Shown: positions 1 to 11,984 of the stretch, one piece after another | How positions within the stretch are numbered: position 1 is the stretch's first letter | Layout of the letters: every line of letters starts with the position of its first letter | Assembly (NCBI RefSeq): GCF_000315625.1 | Contig: NW_005434597.1 | Span: 126,382 to 190,381, forward strand | From: Guillardia theta CCMP2712 | Taxonomy: Eukaryota; Protista; Cryptophyta | DNA: 64,000 nt | Direction of reading: 5' to 3' | Program-made: the position numbers and the translations under genes | Notes under the pieces: generated by a model | What the model saw: only the letters and a program-made list of their open reading frames with translations | The model's database searches: none | What the model was told of the DNA's origin: nothing

Positions 1-55
1 TCCGACAATGTCGTGGGCATCGGCGTAAACGTTCGGCTGTTTTTGAGAACCTAAG

Positions 56-913
56 CTAGCAAGTCACTGAGTGGCAGAAGCTCAACGGCTCACCGATCGC
101 CGCGAGCTGGCAGCATCGCTCTCCGCACTCGAGGAGGGAGAGACTGTTGAGGGAGGGTCGTTGACGTCGAAGAAAGCCGGCCCGCTGACGAGGAACGAAA
201 CCTGCAGGTTGTGAGGGACAGCAAAGTTCGTCCTGCACAAGTACCTTCCTTCCTGGCTCAGGAGAAGATACGAGAAGCTCTTGGCCTCCTCCCACTGCCC
301 AAGGAGGCGCTATCGTCTTTGGTCGTTTCCAGATATCACCAGCATATGGTTGAGAATGATTGGCTGCCCCTTTGGTCGCCATGACATTTGTGGACCCACG
401 TTGTGATGCCTGAGCATTGTCTGGTCTCTCTCCCTCTTGATGCAGAGCCCATGGAGGAGCGCTGCTTCCATTGTTTTCATGCCCCTGAGCACTTTCGCGC
501 CTACTACCAGCAGGTCTGATGAGGTTTGCTTCAGCTTTCTCTCTTGGTGCTTGCGCTACTCTCCCTGCTGGATGCGATGGCGTCCTCGCCTCATCTTTCT
601 CGCCATCATCTCTCTCCTGTCGTCTTGTCGCAAATCGTCTCCCTTTTCCTCCTTCGCCTTCATCGTAGTCTGTAGCCCATGGCGGCTTCAGCATTCCCGT
701 ACCCACATCTCCGCTCGTGCCCACTACGCCCGGCCCGGAGCCCCTGCCGGAGCCCGGCCGACTGAGTTCGCCTGATTGACTGAGGCGAGCCTGAGATGGC
801 ACGCCATGCACATAAGCGAGATTGCTGACAGCTAGTCCCCGTCCTCCCTCCTCCTCTTCCTCCTCTCCTCCTACTTCTATCCTCCTCTCCTCCTCCTCTC
901 CTATCATCAACAT
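56..913 (-). CDS. Hypothetical low-complexity protein with three PPWA motifs; start uncertain, may continue off the window edge
   Basis: 285-aa ORF containing KPPWAT, APPWAL and APPWAV; rich in charged residues and Gly; no family recognised. The 5' part is a GA-rich tract and may be non-coding. Confidence 0.35.
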   Translation of the reverse strand: MLMIGEEEERRIEVGGEEEEEEGGRGLAVSNLAYVHGVPSQARLSQSGELSRPGSGRGSGPGVVGTSGDVGTGMLKPPWATDYDEGEGGKGRRFATRRQERDDGEKDEARTPSHPAGRVAQAPREKAEANLIRPAGSRRESAQGHENNGSSAPPWALHQEGERPDNAQASQRGSTNVMATKGAANHSQPYAGDIWKRPKTIAPPWAVGGGQELLVSSPEPGRKVLVQDELCCPSQPAGFVPRQRAGFLRRQRPSLNSLSLLECGERCCQLAAIGEPLSFCHSVTC

Positions 914-969
914 CCTGTACTTGCCGCGCTCCTACATATCCTGCGCTTGTTCCTCTGCCCTCCTTCATT

Positions 970-2936
970 ATGCTCCTTTACTTGGCATTATTGCTGTGCA
1001 ACACCATGCCGACTGCACAGGCTTTTCTGCTTCAAGCGCGTCCTATTCTGATACCTGTGGGCTTCAAAGTCAGCTGCTCATTTTCCGGTGGCATCAGAAT
1101 GTCTGCGAGTAGCAACAGACCGCTGAGCAAGGCGATCGACCCTTCAAAGCTCCTAAATGGCTTGTACACGGACGATGATGTCCTCATCTCCGACCTAACA
1201 TCGCGGTCACGTGCCAACTGGGCGAAGGATCTTCTTTCAGTCGCGAGCTCTCGAGTTCTCGCGCGTATATCGCAGAGGATGACCATCACAACAGCTTGGG
1301 CAGCATACGTCACAGCTCTCATCACCTGGGGAGATTACCTCGCTCCTCCTTCCTGGGGGAGTTTCACCCAATTCACCGTTCCTGGCTGGCCCCATGAGCT
1401 TGTGGGGGCCTTTCTCTCCATCCTCCTTGTCTTCAGGACTGATCAGGCGTATGACCGCTTCTGGGAGGGCAGGAAGCAATGGTCTTCACTGAACAGTCAA
1501 TGTCGGAGCATTTCGAGACTAGTGCTGTCGAACCTGCCTATTGGAATGGCCCAGGAGTTCTTGTCGCTGGTTGCTCTGTTTCCTGTTGCCTTGAAGCAAC
1601 ATCTTCGAGGTGATAGGAACGAGAGAGAGCTGGCGGCTGTCTTCCACCTGTTCCAACCCAAGAATGTGAAAACCCTGGAGATTGTGTTGGAGTCAAAGAA
1701 CATGCCCATGACTGTTGTATGGTGTATGTCTCAGCTATCAGCACCACTAAGAAAGAACAGAGCCTCGCGGATCTTCAACTACGAGGTGTTGTGGGAGGAG
1801 ATGGAAGAGAAGCTGTCGGAGCTTGCGGACATTGTCAGCCAATGCGAGAAGATAAAGTGTACGCCACTGCCTCTCAGTTACTCCCGGCACACCAGTCGCT
1901 TCTTCTCTTTGTTCTTGTTCTCGTTGCCGCTGGCCCTAGTGAAGGAAACGTCTCCGCTTCTAGTGCCAACTATCGTCCTCACCACGAGTTGGGTCTTGTT
2001 CGCCACAGAAGAGATTGGCCACATCATCGAAGAGCCTTTCGGCACCATCGACAGCAAGTCGGCTGGTCGTCGTACCCAAAGGCAATCTAGCATCATGGTA
2101 GATCTCGAGATGTGGCGACTCGTGCTGAATTGATCTTGATGTCCAGGATGTCAAGGTCTACTTCGATAAGGTTGACCTCGACGGTGACGGGTTCATTACT
2201 GTGCGGGATATCACGGAGATGCTCCCAGACATTGTCGGGATGAGCGTTTCGAGCTCGCAGGTGAGTTCATCACTCTCATGGCAGGGACATAACGGTCTTC
2301 AGGCTGAGCAAGTGCTGTCACGCCTGGACCTAAATGGAGACAGCAGAGTTGATTTCGAAGAATTCCGCCTTATCTGGGCCTTCATGAATGGCAGTCCTAG
2401 ACTGGACCGGGTGAAAGAAAAATAGCCCTGCGTGCACGAAGAGCTGATCACTTCTCAGCTCGAGACTCTGCCGTTGAGTAAGTATTGCGATGCGATCCTC
2501 CGGGAACTCTTCTATCTGTGGAGAACACAACAATGTTCGGTGCTGCAAGAGACCCTAAGCGATGCTCGTCTCGATGAGGACGCGATCAAGCTTCTTGGTT
2601 TGGGTATGTTACCAGTATGAAGACAAAGCTGTTGAGCCATTCGTAGATCCCAATGCAAGTTCTTCAAAACCTGGTGGGTGGGATAGAGCAGCAGTTTGTG
2701 CGTGGGCAAAAAATCTGGGCCTGGAGGAGGCTGCAAGATTGTTGGAAGCCAATGACGTGGATGGCAAGGTGAGGATTACAAAGGACATGAGGCGTCGGTT
2801 GTCAGTGATACTCCTGCAGATACTTGTATCCTTGAACGAAGAAGACTTGATCGAGATGGGCCTTGATTGTCCCAAAATCCGTTCTCGACTTCTGAATTCG
2901 ATTCCTGAAGGACTAAGACAGAAACAAGATTCATAG
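970..2936 (+). CDS. Plastid-targeted bestrophin-like (UPF0187/VCCN1/BST-type) anion channel with two EF-hands and a C-terminal SAM domain
   Basis: Motifs LLVFRTDQAYDRFWEGRKQW, CEKIKCTPLPLSYSRH, EEIGHIIEEPFG and LPLSKYCDAI. Signal peptide ending TAQA|F. In-frame GT-AG introns at 2098-2146, 2261-2302 and 2411-2458. EF loops DLDGDGFITVRD and DLNGDSRVDFEE. SAM-like WDRAAVCAWAKNLGL...NDVDGK..LVSLNEEDLIEMG. One junction near 2535-2617 is not resolved. Confidence 0.85.
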
Positions 2937-2976
2937 ATGGGGGGATACAAAAGTGCAATATTATGTACAGTAAATT

Positions 2977-4751
2977 TTACACCCAGTCTCCTTCTCGCAG
3001 CTTCCTTGGGAGATATTCTTGAGTGAGGTATTGGAATCCCTTGCTTGTGAATGCCTCTGCGCAGACCAAGTAAATCCCTCCGAAGCACAACAAGAAGATC
3101 ATACGAATTTCTGCTTTTTCCTTTCTCGAAAGCAGAGTTTCCAGCTCCTAAAAAATGTTTCAGTACAAATAATTGAGGCACTCACATTGCACCTTAACCC
3201 AAGCTGATCGTTTCTGAATGTAAGGCTTCTCTTTTAGACTTTCAGCAAAGCTCACGTCGTGGGTGGTCAGTTCCAATCTATTCTTGAAATGTAACCACAA
3301 GAAATCCATCATCAATGATTTACCTGCATTCTCGTGGAACATTGTACTTGTCCAAATCCGAGGGACGGACTCCCAGCCACTTGATATCAGGCGTAGCGAG
3401 ATTTGCGCTGTCGTGAGACATTGCCTCCGAACCTTGCATGTAAACCGAAAGAATCTTCAACCCATGGGCATCACTATCAAACAATCCGAGAATTGGGATC
3501 TTGAGAGCATCCTTGACTCTCCTCAAAAACATTCTTGTAGCCAAATCTGCTTCGCCTTTGCCCTGCATGAAGCTGGTAAGATTCGGGAGATGACTGCACT
3601 CGTGCCGCAATGACCGTAATTATCACGCAAGGATAAGTATTGTAGAATCTGTCTTCTGCCAAACGTTGAAAAGCTGCATCTTTCTCAACTAGAAGGATGA
3701 ATTCTGCTGGCCTGAAAACAAAAGATCACTAACTGTCAATCAAAACGACACAAATGTGATGAAGACAATCATGTTCATTTACCGGTCATAGTCTGACTTG
3801 ATGTTTGAGACCCTGTCGAGACGAGCATGGTTTACACTTCTGAGGGTAGAAAGAAGCAAATCACCGATCCAAAAATGAAGGGATGTTCTTTCCACTCCTT
3901 CCCATCTTTGTACAATCAATGAAGTCGTCATCATCATTGAACTGCAATCTTCCAACCACAAGTCCTTTTTCAGATGCCGTGACCTTGTAAAGAATAATCC
4001 AAAATGAGAACAGCTGCATAGATATGGCAGAAATAACCTGCAGACTGTGACGAGTACATCCGAACATCAGTGAAAGTTCCTCCAGCACTGCATCACTGTT
4101 CTGCTGCTTCTCGAACAGCTTTACATCCGCATAGAACAGATCACGTTTTGTGCTGTGAATTGCAAGTGAGAGGAGCTTCGCGGTAGCGCCAGGTGGTGAG
4201 GCAATGCACCTGTGAATGTTCTTCTTCGCCAATTCATGCACCAACTGCATGAGGCGGGTCATCATCGTCGTTCGCCTGAAGGCACATCATCCAAGGACCG
4301 TCTCGCAGCTCTCTCTCGCGTACTTGACTTGAGAGGAATCAGCAAACTGTCGCTTCATGGCCTTGTACTCAAGATAATTCCTATCAAGCTCGGGCACGAA
4401 CTGGACATTGGTAGCACTGCCTCGCTGAGCAAAGGTAAACGCCAGACCTGCACATCAATCTGAGGACGAAGGAGAGGCAGAAACAAACATTCAATCATGA
4501 CAGAGGTCTATACCTCGGCCATCGAGAATGGAAGCGACAGCCTGGCATGCGACAAGTTCAATGTTCTTCCTGACTTCTTCCGGGCTCTGATCGGACACTT
4601 CGAAGAGGTTCGTATATCCCAGCTCCGAGACCGAGGAGGCTGCTTGTGAGGACTGTTGGAGGTGGCGGGCAAGAGTTCTGACTTCCTTGAGCGTCTCCTC
4701 CATGTCCTCTTGCGACATGTCCGCCGCTTCCGCTCGCCGCTTCTTGGACAT
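2977..4751 (-). CDS. TOP6A: DNA topoisomerase VI subunit A (SPO11-3 type), multi-exon
   Basis: Catalytic-Tyr motif [53 protein letters not shown], toprim DSD motif ([13 protein letters not shown]), [10 protein letters not shown] and C-terminal [13 protein letters not shown] (stop at 2977-2979). ATG at 4749-4751. Confidence 0.92.
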
Positions 4752-4919
4752 GACCAGGCCGAAAAACGCGGGAAATCCCACCCGTCCAATTAACGTTAAA
4801 ACAAATAACATTAAATAGTTGAATTATTGATAATATTTCAAAAGTAATGTTAAATGCCCCTAACGGTGCTGCCCTCTCCACCCCGCAAACACCAATTTAT
4901 ACCACCGGTAGTAGAGGGA

Positions 4920-5195
4920 AAACCCACCCTACCCTCGAATCATCTCTATCAGCAGTATCGAATTGAAGGTGGGGGTACTCAAACAGGTGGTGGGTACGGG
5001 TAAAGTTTGGGGTAGTGTGCCAAGGGGGTAATTCGAAACAGGGGTGCAAATCGAAGTGTGGTGGTAGGTTGACGGGGAAAACAGGGGGTAGGGACGACAG
5101 GTAACAAAAGGACTACGGGGGTACTGGGCTTTGGGAGTTGGGGAGGGGGTAGGGGGTGGAGATGGACGGGTTCGATATACCAGTGGGGTACAGTC
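4920..5195. promoter_or_regulatory. Cluster of GGG(G)TA motifs in the divergent intergenic region upstream of TOP6A
   Basis: About 9 copies of GGG(G)TA or its complement in ~270 bp, e.g. near 4971, 4992, 5009, 5025, 5085, 5117, 5146 and 5185. Function is inferred only. Confidence 0.4.
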
Positions 5196-5399
5196 TTGAC
5201 TGAAGAATGGCAGGAGACGACGCGAGGGCGAATGCGGAGGCGGGGGAGAAGGAGGAGGAGGAGGAGAAGGAGGAGGAGATGTGGGAGGAGATCATAGAGA
5301 TTACAAGATGAAGTTGGATCACGAGATAGAATCAGAATGAGATAATGAGCAGAGCGAACAGAGAGAGGAAACTCTGCGTTGGAGGATTGAGAAACAATG

Positions 5400-8300
5400 A
5401 ACAAGATGGCTTTCTGTGATATTCAGGACGCGACGGATGTGGCATGATAGCCAAGATGATTATGAGTGGATGTTCGGATGATTTGTAAGATGGAGTTACG
5501 TAGAGCATGGTTTGAACAAGGAGTGCAGCTGGATTAGGATGTTTTATTCAGCTCCTGAAGATTGTTTTACGACAATGAGACACCGAGGGCACGAGCAATA
5601 ATTGTAAGAGGAGGATACCAAGTACACGTTAGTTTGTCCTTGAAAACAAAGGAAGAGGATGTCGCTTGCTAGACAGAAACACAAATTCAGGCAGTGCCCA
5701 ATGACTGCTCCTCGCCTCCAACGTGCTTCACAACGGGCTTATTTGATAGTAGAACTGATGACTTGGTATCGTTCTAGGATGAGGATTATTCGATCCGTCT
5801 CCTAGTTCGTGTCTACGATGAGTAGACTAGGAGGTGCTTGACACTGCACCTTGATCCGTGAGGGTGGCGAGCTCTATAGTACAAATCAGCATGGCTCCGG
5901 AGTTGAATTGGAGCAATGAAGAGTGGCGGAGGTTGCAGACCTCTCTCTTTGCGGTGAGTTTGATCACCATGGTGTCTGTCTGCGGCTGGAAGCACTTTCT
6001 GTGAGGTGTGAGAGCTTTTGTACATCGCAGGTAACAGGCTCGACCAGAATCCGCCTGTCGGAGTTGACGCAGGAGCAATGGGAGCAGGTCTTCTGAGCTT
6101 GCTGGTTCCTTCCAGACTCAAGCAGAAACACCCTGACAGGTAGTACGTGACACTCGGAGGTCCCGAGAGGACATCGATGCTGCTCTAGACGCGATGCTGA
6201 AGCGACAGGTCAAGAAGCCGCTGACCCTTTCACATGCTGCTTGCTTACACGGTTGCAGGACCTCCCTGGTGGAAGAGTACCTGTCCAGACCACCGAGAGG
6301 CTCTTCAGAGAATCGGTTTCTTGTTCCTGCGTCTGTGCAATCAGCCGCTGACCTTGGGGCTCGTTGCAAGATTCCTTTCCTCCGAGATCTGTTCTCACAG
6401 CCAAAGGAGGAAGGGCCTTCGGTGCCCACCCCGCGGCTCGAGAAGATCCTTCTTGCGATAGAAAGTTTCAACTTTGCCACGTTGCCCTACGATGACCTGT
6501 TCTTGGTCTGGGATGTGAGCCCTCCTGCCGTCTCTTGATCCTGCTGAGCTCGTTGATCCCTGCAGAGGATCGGCAGGAGTCAAGGTCTCATCCGAGGGCA
6601 CGAGTGCGTGCGCTGCGTTTACTCTGTGCTGGGTCAGATCACCCACACTCAGGTAAGGCTCCATTTGCCTGCCTCTCTCCTCGCTGCTGTGCTCATCCCT
6701 TTGCTCGCGTCCTCCCTGTCACCTGCGTGAGCTCAGCTTGTCCTGCCTGTTCCTTCCGTTGTTGCCTCTCAGGCTGAGGCTAAAGCCTCTCCCCCTCCTC
6801 TCCCTGACGAATGTGTCTGCGATGACATGCGAGCAGGTGCAACGCATGGACGCATCCGCCCAGAAACAGCACAGGGCATCAGTGACGGAGCACAAGATTC
6901 TCAATCCGCCTGCCCGCCGCCATGGTTCAGACCGAAATCAAAGTCACTGCAACCAAGGAGGGAGGGAAGAGGCAGGAGGAGGAGGAGGAGGTACATCACA
7001 CGAAGGCTCCAGGAGGAAATCAGTGGAAGAGAATGTAAATCGTTCGTGGCAACTGCGTCGAATCAGAGGAGAGGGTGCTGCAGAATTTCCTCCTGCTGCA
7101 GCAAAGCGAAGTGAAGGAGGAGGAGGAAACGTAGTGTGGACAACGGACAAGCTGAAGGGAGACAACAGCAGTGCTTCACTGAAGCTTGCGCGCCCGTCGT
7201 CGGCCAACGCTTCCCAGGTATGCTGTGCATGTGGGAAAGGAAGCATCTTACAATCAGATGCAGGCGTCGAGTAGGAATTCTCGTCCGGCGTCAGGTGGAA
7301 GCCTGCCGGAGAATGGCAGCAAGGCGACAGAAGGGATACAAAAGTCCAAGGTGACACGCATGCGCTGGGGAGGACCCGGGGGGGGAGGGGGGGGGAGGGG
7401 GGGGGGGGGAAAGGAAAGAAGTCCCGAGGGTCGAAGGAGGAGGAGTGGAGGAGTGGAGGTGTAAAAGTTGTTGACGTTGAGGAGCAGGTGGAGGATCAGC
7501 GTAGCAGTCAGAATGTGACGATCTCATGGACTTTTACAAGCCGCTTGACACTGAGATGCTCAGGTGAAGAGGCAGGTGGGAGGTGGGGGGGGGAAGACCA
7601 AGGGGTCACCGGATCCGAGCGAGGCAGCTGGTAAAGATGATTTCCCAGCTGCTACAGAGATTGAGAGAGTGCGTGAAATTGAAGGGTCGGGGAAGGTCGG
7701 GGATGATGAGCTGACGACGAGGAACGAGGGGCACGCGAGCGACGGAGGGAGTGAGGATGAGGCACCTTCATTCTCCTCCAGCTCGTTCTCCGCTGCTGCA
7801 GCTGCTGATGGGCAGGGCAACGACGGTCTCCTGCTCGGGTCCAACGCGCTGTTGGGTGGAGGGAGTGTGGCGTGGTCGAGGAGGAGGCTCCGCGAAGTCT
7901 CTTCGGTGGGACAAGAGGGAGGATGCAGAACAGCTAAACTCTCCTGCAGGAACGAAGGATGCCAGAGCAGAAGCCGATGCTTCCTGTAGCGAGCGGAAAG
8001 GGAGGGAAAGTCTCAGGTGCAGCTAGTGAAGTCAAAAGAGGAAGAGGAAAGTTATCGACACGGTGGCAGGCCTTGCTGGAGACCCTGAGATCATCTTTAA
8101 CCTCGGTGGCCCCATCCTCTTCACCGCCCCTCACAGCCTAAACATCGTCCGAGGAGGAAAGGTGCGCGTGTCCGTGGCGCAAGAGTGAGGGTTGATGAGA
8201 GGGCAGGACGGAGAGCGGAAGAGAATTCACAAGAGAGAGAAGTTCTCCTCTGAGATCGTTTTGAAGCTTGCCGCCTTCCTCGAACCTTACCTGGGAAAGG

Positions 8301-9517
8301 TACTGAGAGCCCCTCCTTCTCCTCCTCCTCTTCCTCCTCCTCCTCACCCTCCTCCTCCTCCTCCTCCTCCTTGCTTCTTCACCTCCTCTCATCTCAGCGC
8401 TATGTCCTCGCGTCTGAGGGTTGGGGCCTCCAGCCGGCCTCCTACATCATCTGGAATCGCATGGTGGCGAGGAAAGGAGACCCTCGGCATCTTGACCCCA
8501 ACTATCTCACTCAGGTCTGTCTTTGCCTCCCCCTCCTCTCCTTCCCCCTCAAACGTTTTCGCCTCATTCCCCGACCTCCTGCATGCTATCTTCCCATCCC
8601 CTTGGGTCTTCATCGTATCCACTTGCATTCGTAGTTTGCCTCCTTCGCCGCCTCCTTCCCTCAAGCGACCTCACTCTTCTCCAACTCGACTCCTCCGATA
8701 TTTCTTCCCCTCATTCCCTTGCGACTCTCCGCTGACTTGCCTGCTCCTCTGCCTTCCTGCTCTCTCTCTGCTGTTTCTCTTCCTAACTCTGGATGGATCG
8801 CTTCCGCAGGCTCAGTCGCCCTTCTCCCCGTGGCATCACGCCCTCCATCTCTTCAAGGATCACTGGCGCTCGAGCAGGGAGAAGCTCAACCGAGAGGAGC
8901 AGCAGCTCCCGCAGGACAGCAGCGAGAGTCAGAGAGTTGGAGAGGACAGGAGAGAAATCGCGGGGAGTCGCGCAGTGGGAGAGGAGAAGAAGGAGTCAGC
9001 AGGCTCACTCGCGCCACCTGCGCCCATCTTTCACGTGGATATTCACGGCAAGATGGATCGCAAGGACAACCTCGACTTGGATATCGGTCTGTCGTCGCTG
9101 CACAAGAGGACGGGGGAATGAAGTCATGACGTTTCCCCAGGCATGGGCCCGATGGAGAATTGCTGGGCTGCAAAGGGAGACTCCGAGAAGCATGCAGAGT
9201 TCGTCGCACTCAAAGAGGTGGGGAGAAGAGAAGACGAGTAGAGGGAGGATGAGGAGAGGGAGAGCGGAGGACGAGGATGAGGACGAGGATGAGGACGCAG
9301 ACGAGGAGTTAAGAGTAGGGGACGTTTGACCATGTTGTGCAGCATCTCGCTTCGGGGATGCGAGAAGCGTTCAAGGGGGTGAAGGGGAAGCATTTTCTGG
9401 TGCATGGAAAGATGGTTAAGTTGGAGCAAGGACACAGATAGGAGTTGACGCGATCTTCAGATGCCCATGACTGTGGAGGAGGATCCGTACCTGAACGCCT
9501 ACTGGGGGGGAAGGTAA
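5400..9517 (+). CDS. Hypothetical multi-exon gene(s) with a long low-complexity middle; no family recognised
   Basis: Exon-like pieces bounded by GT/AG (e.g. 6260-6510 EEYLSRPP...LFLVWD, 6836-7218, 7630-7900, 8810-9300). Plausible end at ...EEDPYLNAYWGGR* near 9517. Boundaries are approximate. Confidence 0.4.
9268..9305 (+). repeat. (GAGGAC/GAGGAT)n hexamer repeat encoding an acidic ED run
   Basis: gaggacgaggatgaggacgaggatgaggac is directly visible. Confidence 0.7.
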
Positions 9518-9679
9518 GAACGAGTTGGAAACGAAACTTTTCTCAACTTCCAATAGCACATTCGAGACGATCTCACATCAATCTGTCAACCTGAGAATCC
9601 CGGTAAAAATCAGCTTTATAGCTGAGATATTGCTGATTTTGACTCGTTGTATGTTGTATCGTCTCCACCCTCACTCCCT

Positions 9680-11940
9680 TGATCGTTTTTCACGTTCTTC
9701 TGCAGGCAATCCAACTTGAAATCCCGCTAACAATGCGACGAGAGCTTGTTCGCAATGACGATCTCTTCGGGTTGATCTCTCTTCTCTTTCCTTCTTCTTG
9801 TCTCCTCTTTGCATCCTCCTCCGCAGCCTCAACCTCATCAACATCAAAGATTGTTTCTTGTCCTGCTCTCCTTCTTGCTCACTTTCTGATCTTTGCAACT
9901 GGGTTGACACATGCATCACTTTCTTGTTCCTTGTCGCCCCTCCTGATCCTTGGCAGGCGTTTTGCCCTCGCCATCTTCCACTCCTACAAGTACATGGTCA
10001 GCTCCTTCAAGAGCTGGGAGGAGGACGCAAGTTCCTCGCCGCCTGTCTGCGGCTGCGCGCGGTAAGCGATGAAGAGCACGAAGAGACCTGACGGGGGTGC
10101 AGACATCTGACAGGGGAGAGGACGGCTGAGATCCGCTCGCAGCTCATGCAAGACAGCGAACCTGCCTGCAAGACGCTGGGTGAGGTGACAAGAGGAAGGA
10201 CATGCGAGGTGACGAAGAATGCAGAGGAGGTGGAGCTTGCCTTGCGAGAGCTGAATCACCTGGAGCGGACCATTGTCGAGAAACAAATCTAGCGAGAATG
10301 ATGGGATGGGGCGAACGGGGAGAGACGATATGTATATGCATGGATCAGCAATGTTTGTATAGAAAGAAATGTAACTTGCAGTAGGGAACTCGCAGCTTGT
10401 CCTCCCTTCACGTAGACCCCCGGTCGGGAACATCATGACCTTGTTCTCCCTTGACCTCCTCCACCAAAGTGACTTGTGGTTCCGAAGGAGCAGGTGGAAC
10501 TCCTTGCGGTGAAGACTTCTCCTCACCTCCATGCTCCTCAAGTTCCATCTTCCCTTCCTCTTGTTTCTGCTCCGTCTCCTTCCCTTCATTCACTTGCTTC
10601 CGCTGGGCAGCAGCTGGAGAGAGCGTCGTGCTTTGCTTGTCCGTGGGCATCAACCTCGAGGAAGAGGTCACAGCCTGCCGCTCATGGCGCATCATCACCT
10701 CTGACTCATGCGCTCGAGTCTGTCAAGCACAGAGTTCATCTTGTGGACGAACATCTGGATACAAAAGCTGAGTTCAAGCACGTCTTTCCTTCTCTTCTCA
10801 ACCTTCCTTGCCTGCCTGTGCGGCTCTTCGCCCTCGATCTCGTCGACCTTCAGCAGGAGCTGAGACGTGTCAGTGAGAAGCAGGTGGGGACATGGGTGAG
10901 GCGATTGCAGGCAACCTTTTGTGCAGCGTCATGCATGAAAGTTGTCAAGCTGAAGATCGTTAGGCCCAGGCGCATCAGGGTCATGATTAGATACCTCAAC
11001 AGTTTCTTGGGAAGTTCGGCATCGACATCGAGGCGTTTCACGAGGAGCAGAGCTTCCAGGGCGTTGGCTTGCTGTACAGATCAAGTAAATCATGTGTATG
11101 ACATGACATCACAACAGGTGAAGATGTGCGCTCGTCTGAGATGTCCAGTGAGATACTGTACCTCCTCCATCACTATACACTTGCTTCCGATCCGGTCGAC
11201 AAGATGTCTGAAGACATTGGTGTGAGAGTCTATGGCCTGGAAGCATCGGCTTACTTGGTCAGCGAGATGGGCTCGACTTCTTGACCCCATGGAAGCCTGC
11301 GGTTGCAGTCATCTCTTCCGAGTGCAAACTCGCCAGGCCTACTGCTCCAGCGTCATTTCAACTCCATCCTGCAGGAAGAGCTTGGAGAGGTCCGCGTTGG
11401 GCTCCATAGGAGTAGAGTTCTGTAGTGCGGTTCAGCTCGCCTTCCTCTCCCACCTTTCTGGTACGTTGAGCAGAATTTTCTGCCTGGCCGGGAGAACTCC
11501 CGTAACAAGGAAAACACTTAGCTGGAAAGAAGCTGGGGACGACTGTCAGCACAAGCTCAATAGCAGAAAGATGATCACCCATGGTGGCCCCGAGATCAAG
11601 AAAGACCCGGTGCTTTGACTTCTCATACCACAACACCGTGTAGACTACAGCCTGTCTGCACTGTTCACCAAGTCAGCTCCCCCTCAATAGTTGTTTCAAT
11701 CACTTGTTTGGAAGGCTTGCCCTCCATGAGCTCTTTGGCTTGCTGAAAGAAAGCTTTCATGGCGAAGATCTGTTTTCATGGTTACAGGTTGAAACAGACT
11801 GACCGATTTCTAGATTGTCCTATCGTTCAAATTCTGTTCTGCTTCCACTTCTCCCACTCCCGCTTCTGCTCTTTCACCGTCCTAGCTGCTTCTCAATATG
11901 TCAGCGTCCGCTCCCTCTTTCCTTCCTCCTCCATCCCCCA
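9680..11940 (-). CDS. Hypothetical multi-exon, likely alpha-helical protein
   Basis: Run of minus-strand exon-like ORFs (11358-11636, 11090-11290, 10850-11041, 10408-10698 and pieces near 9984-10300) with splice-like boundaries. No family recognised; ends are approximate. Confidence 0.45.
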
Positions 11941-11984
11941 ACTTCAAGCCATTGCGGCAAACACCACACATGAGCAAAGCAGGA

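Noticed and set aside
2977-4751. Meiotic SPO11-1/2 as evidence of sex
   Set aside because: The TKRDLFYxDVKLF motif and the YLPxKL...DW C-terminus match the Top6A/SPO11-3 clade.
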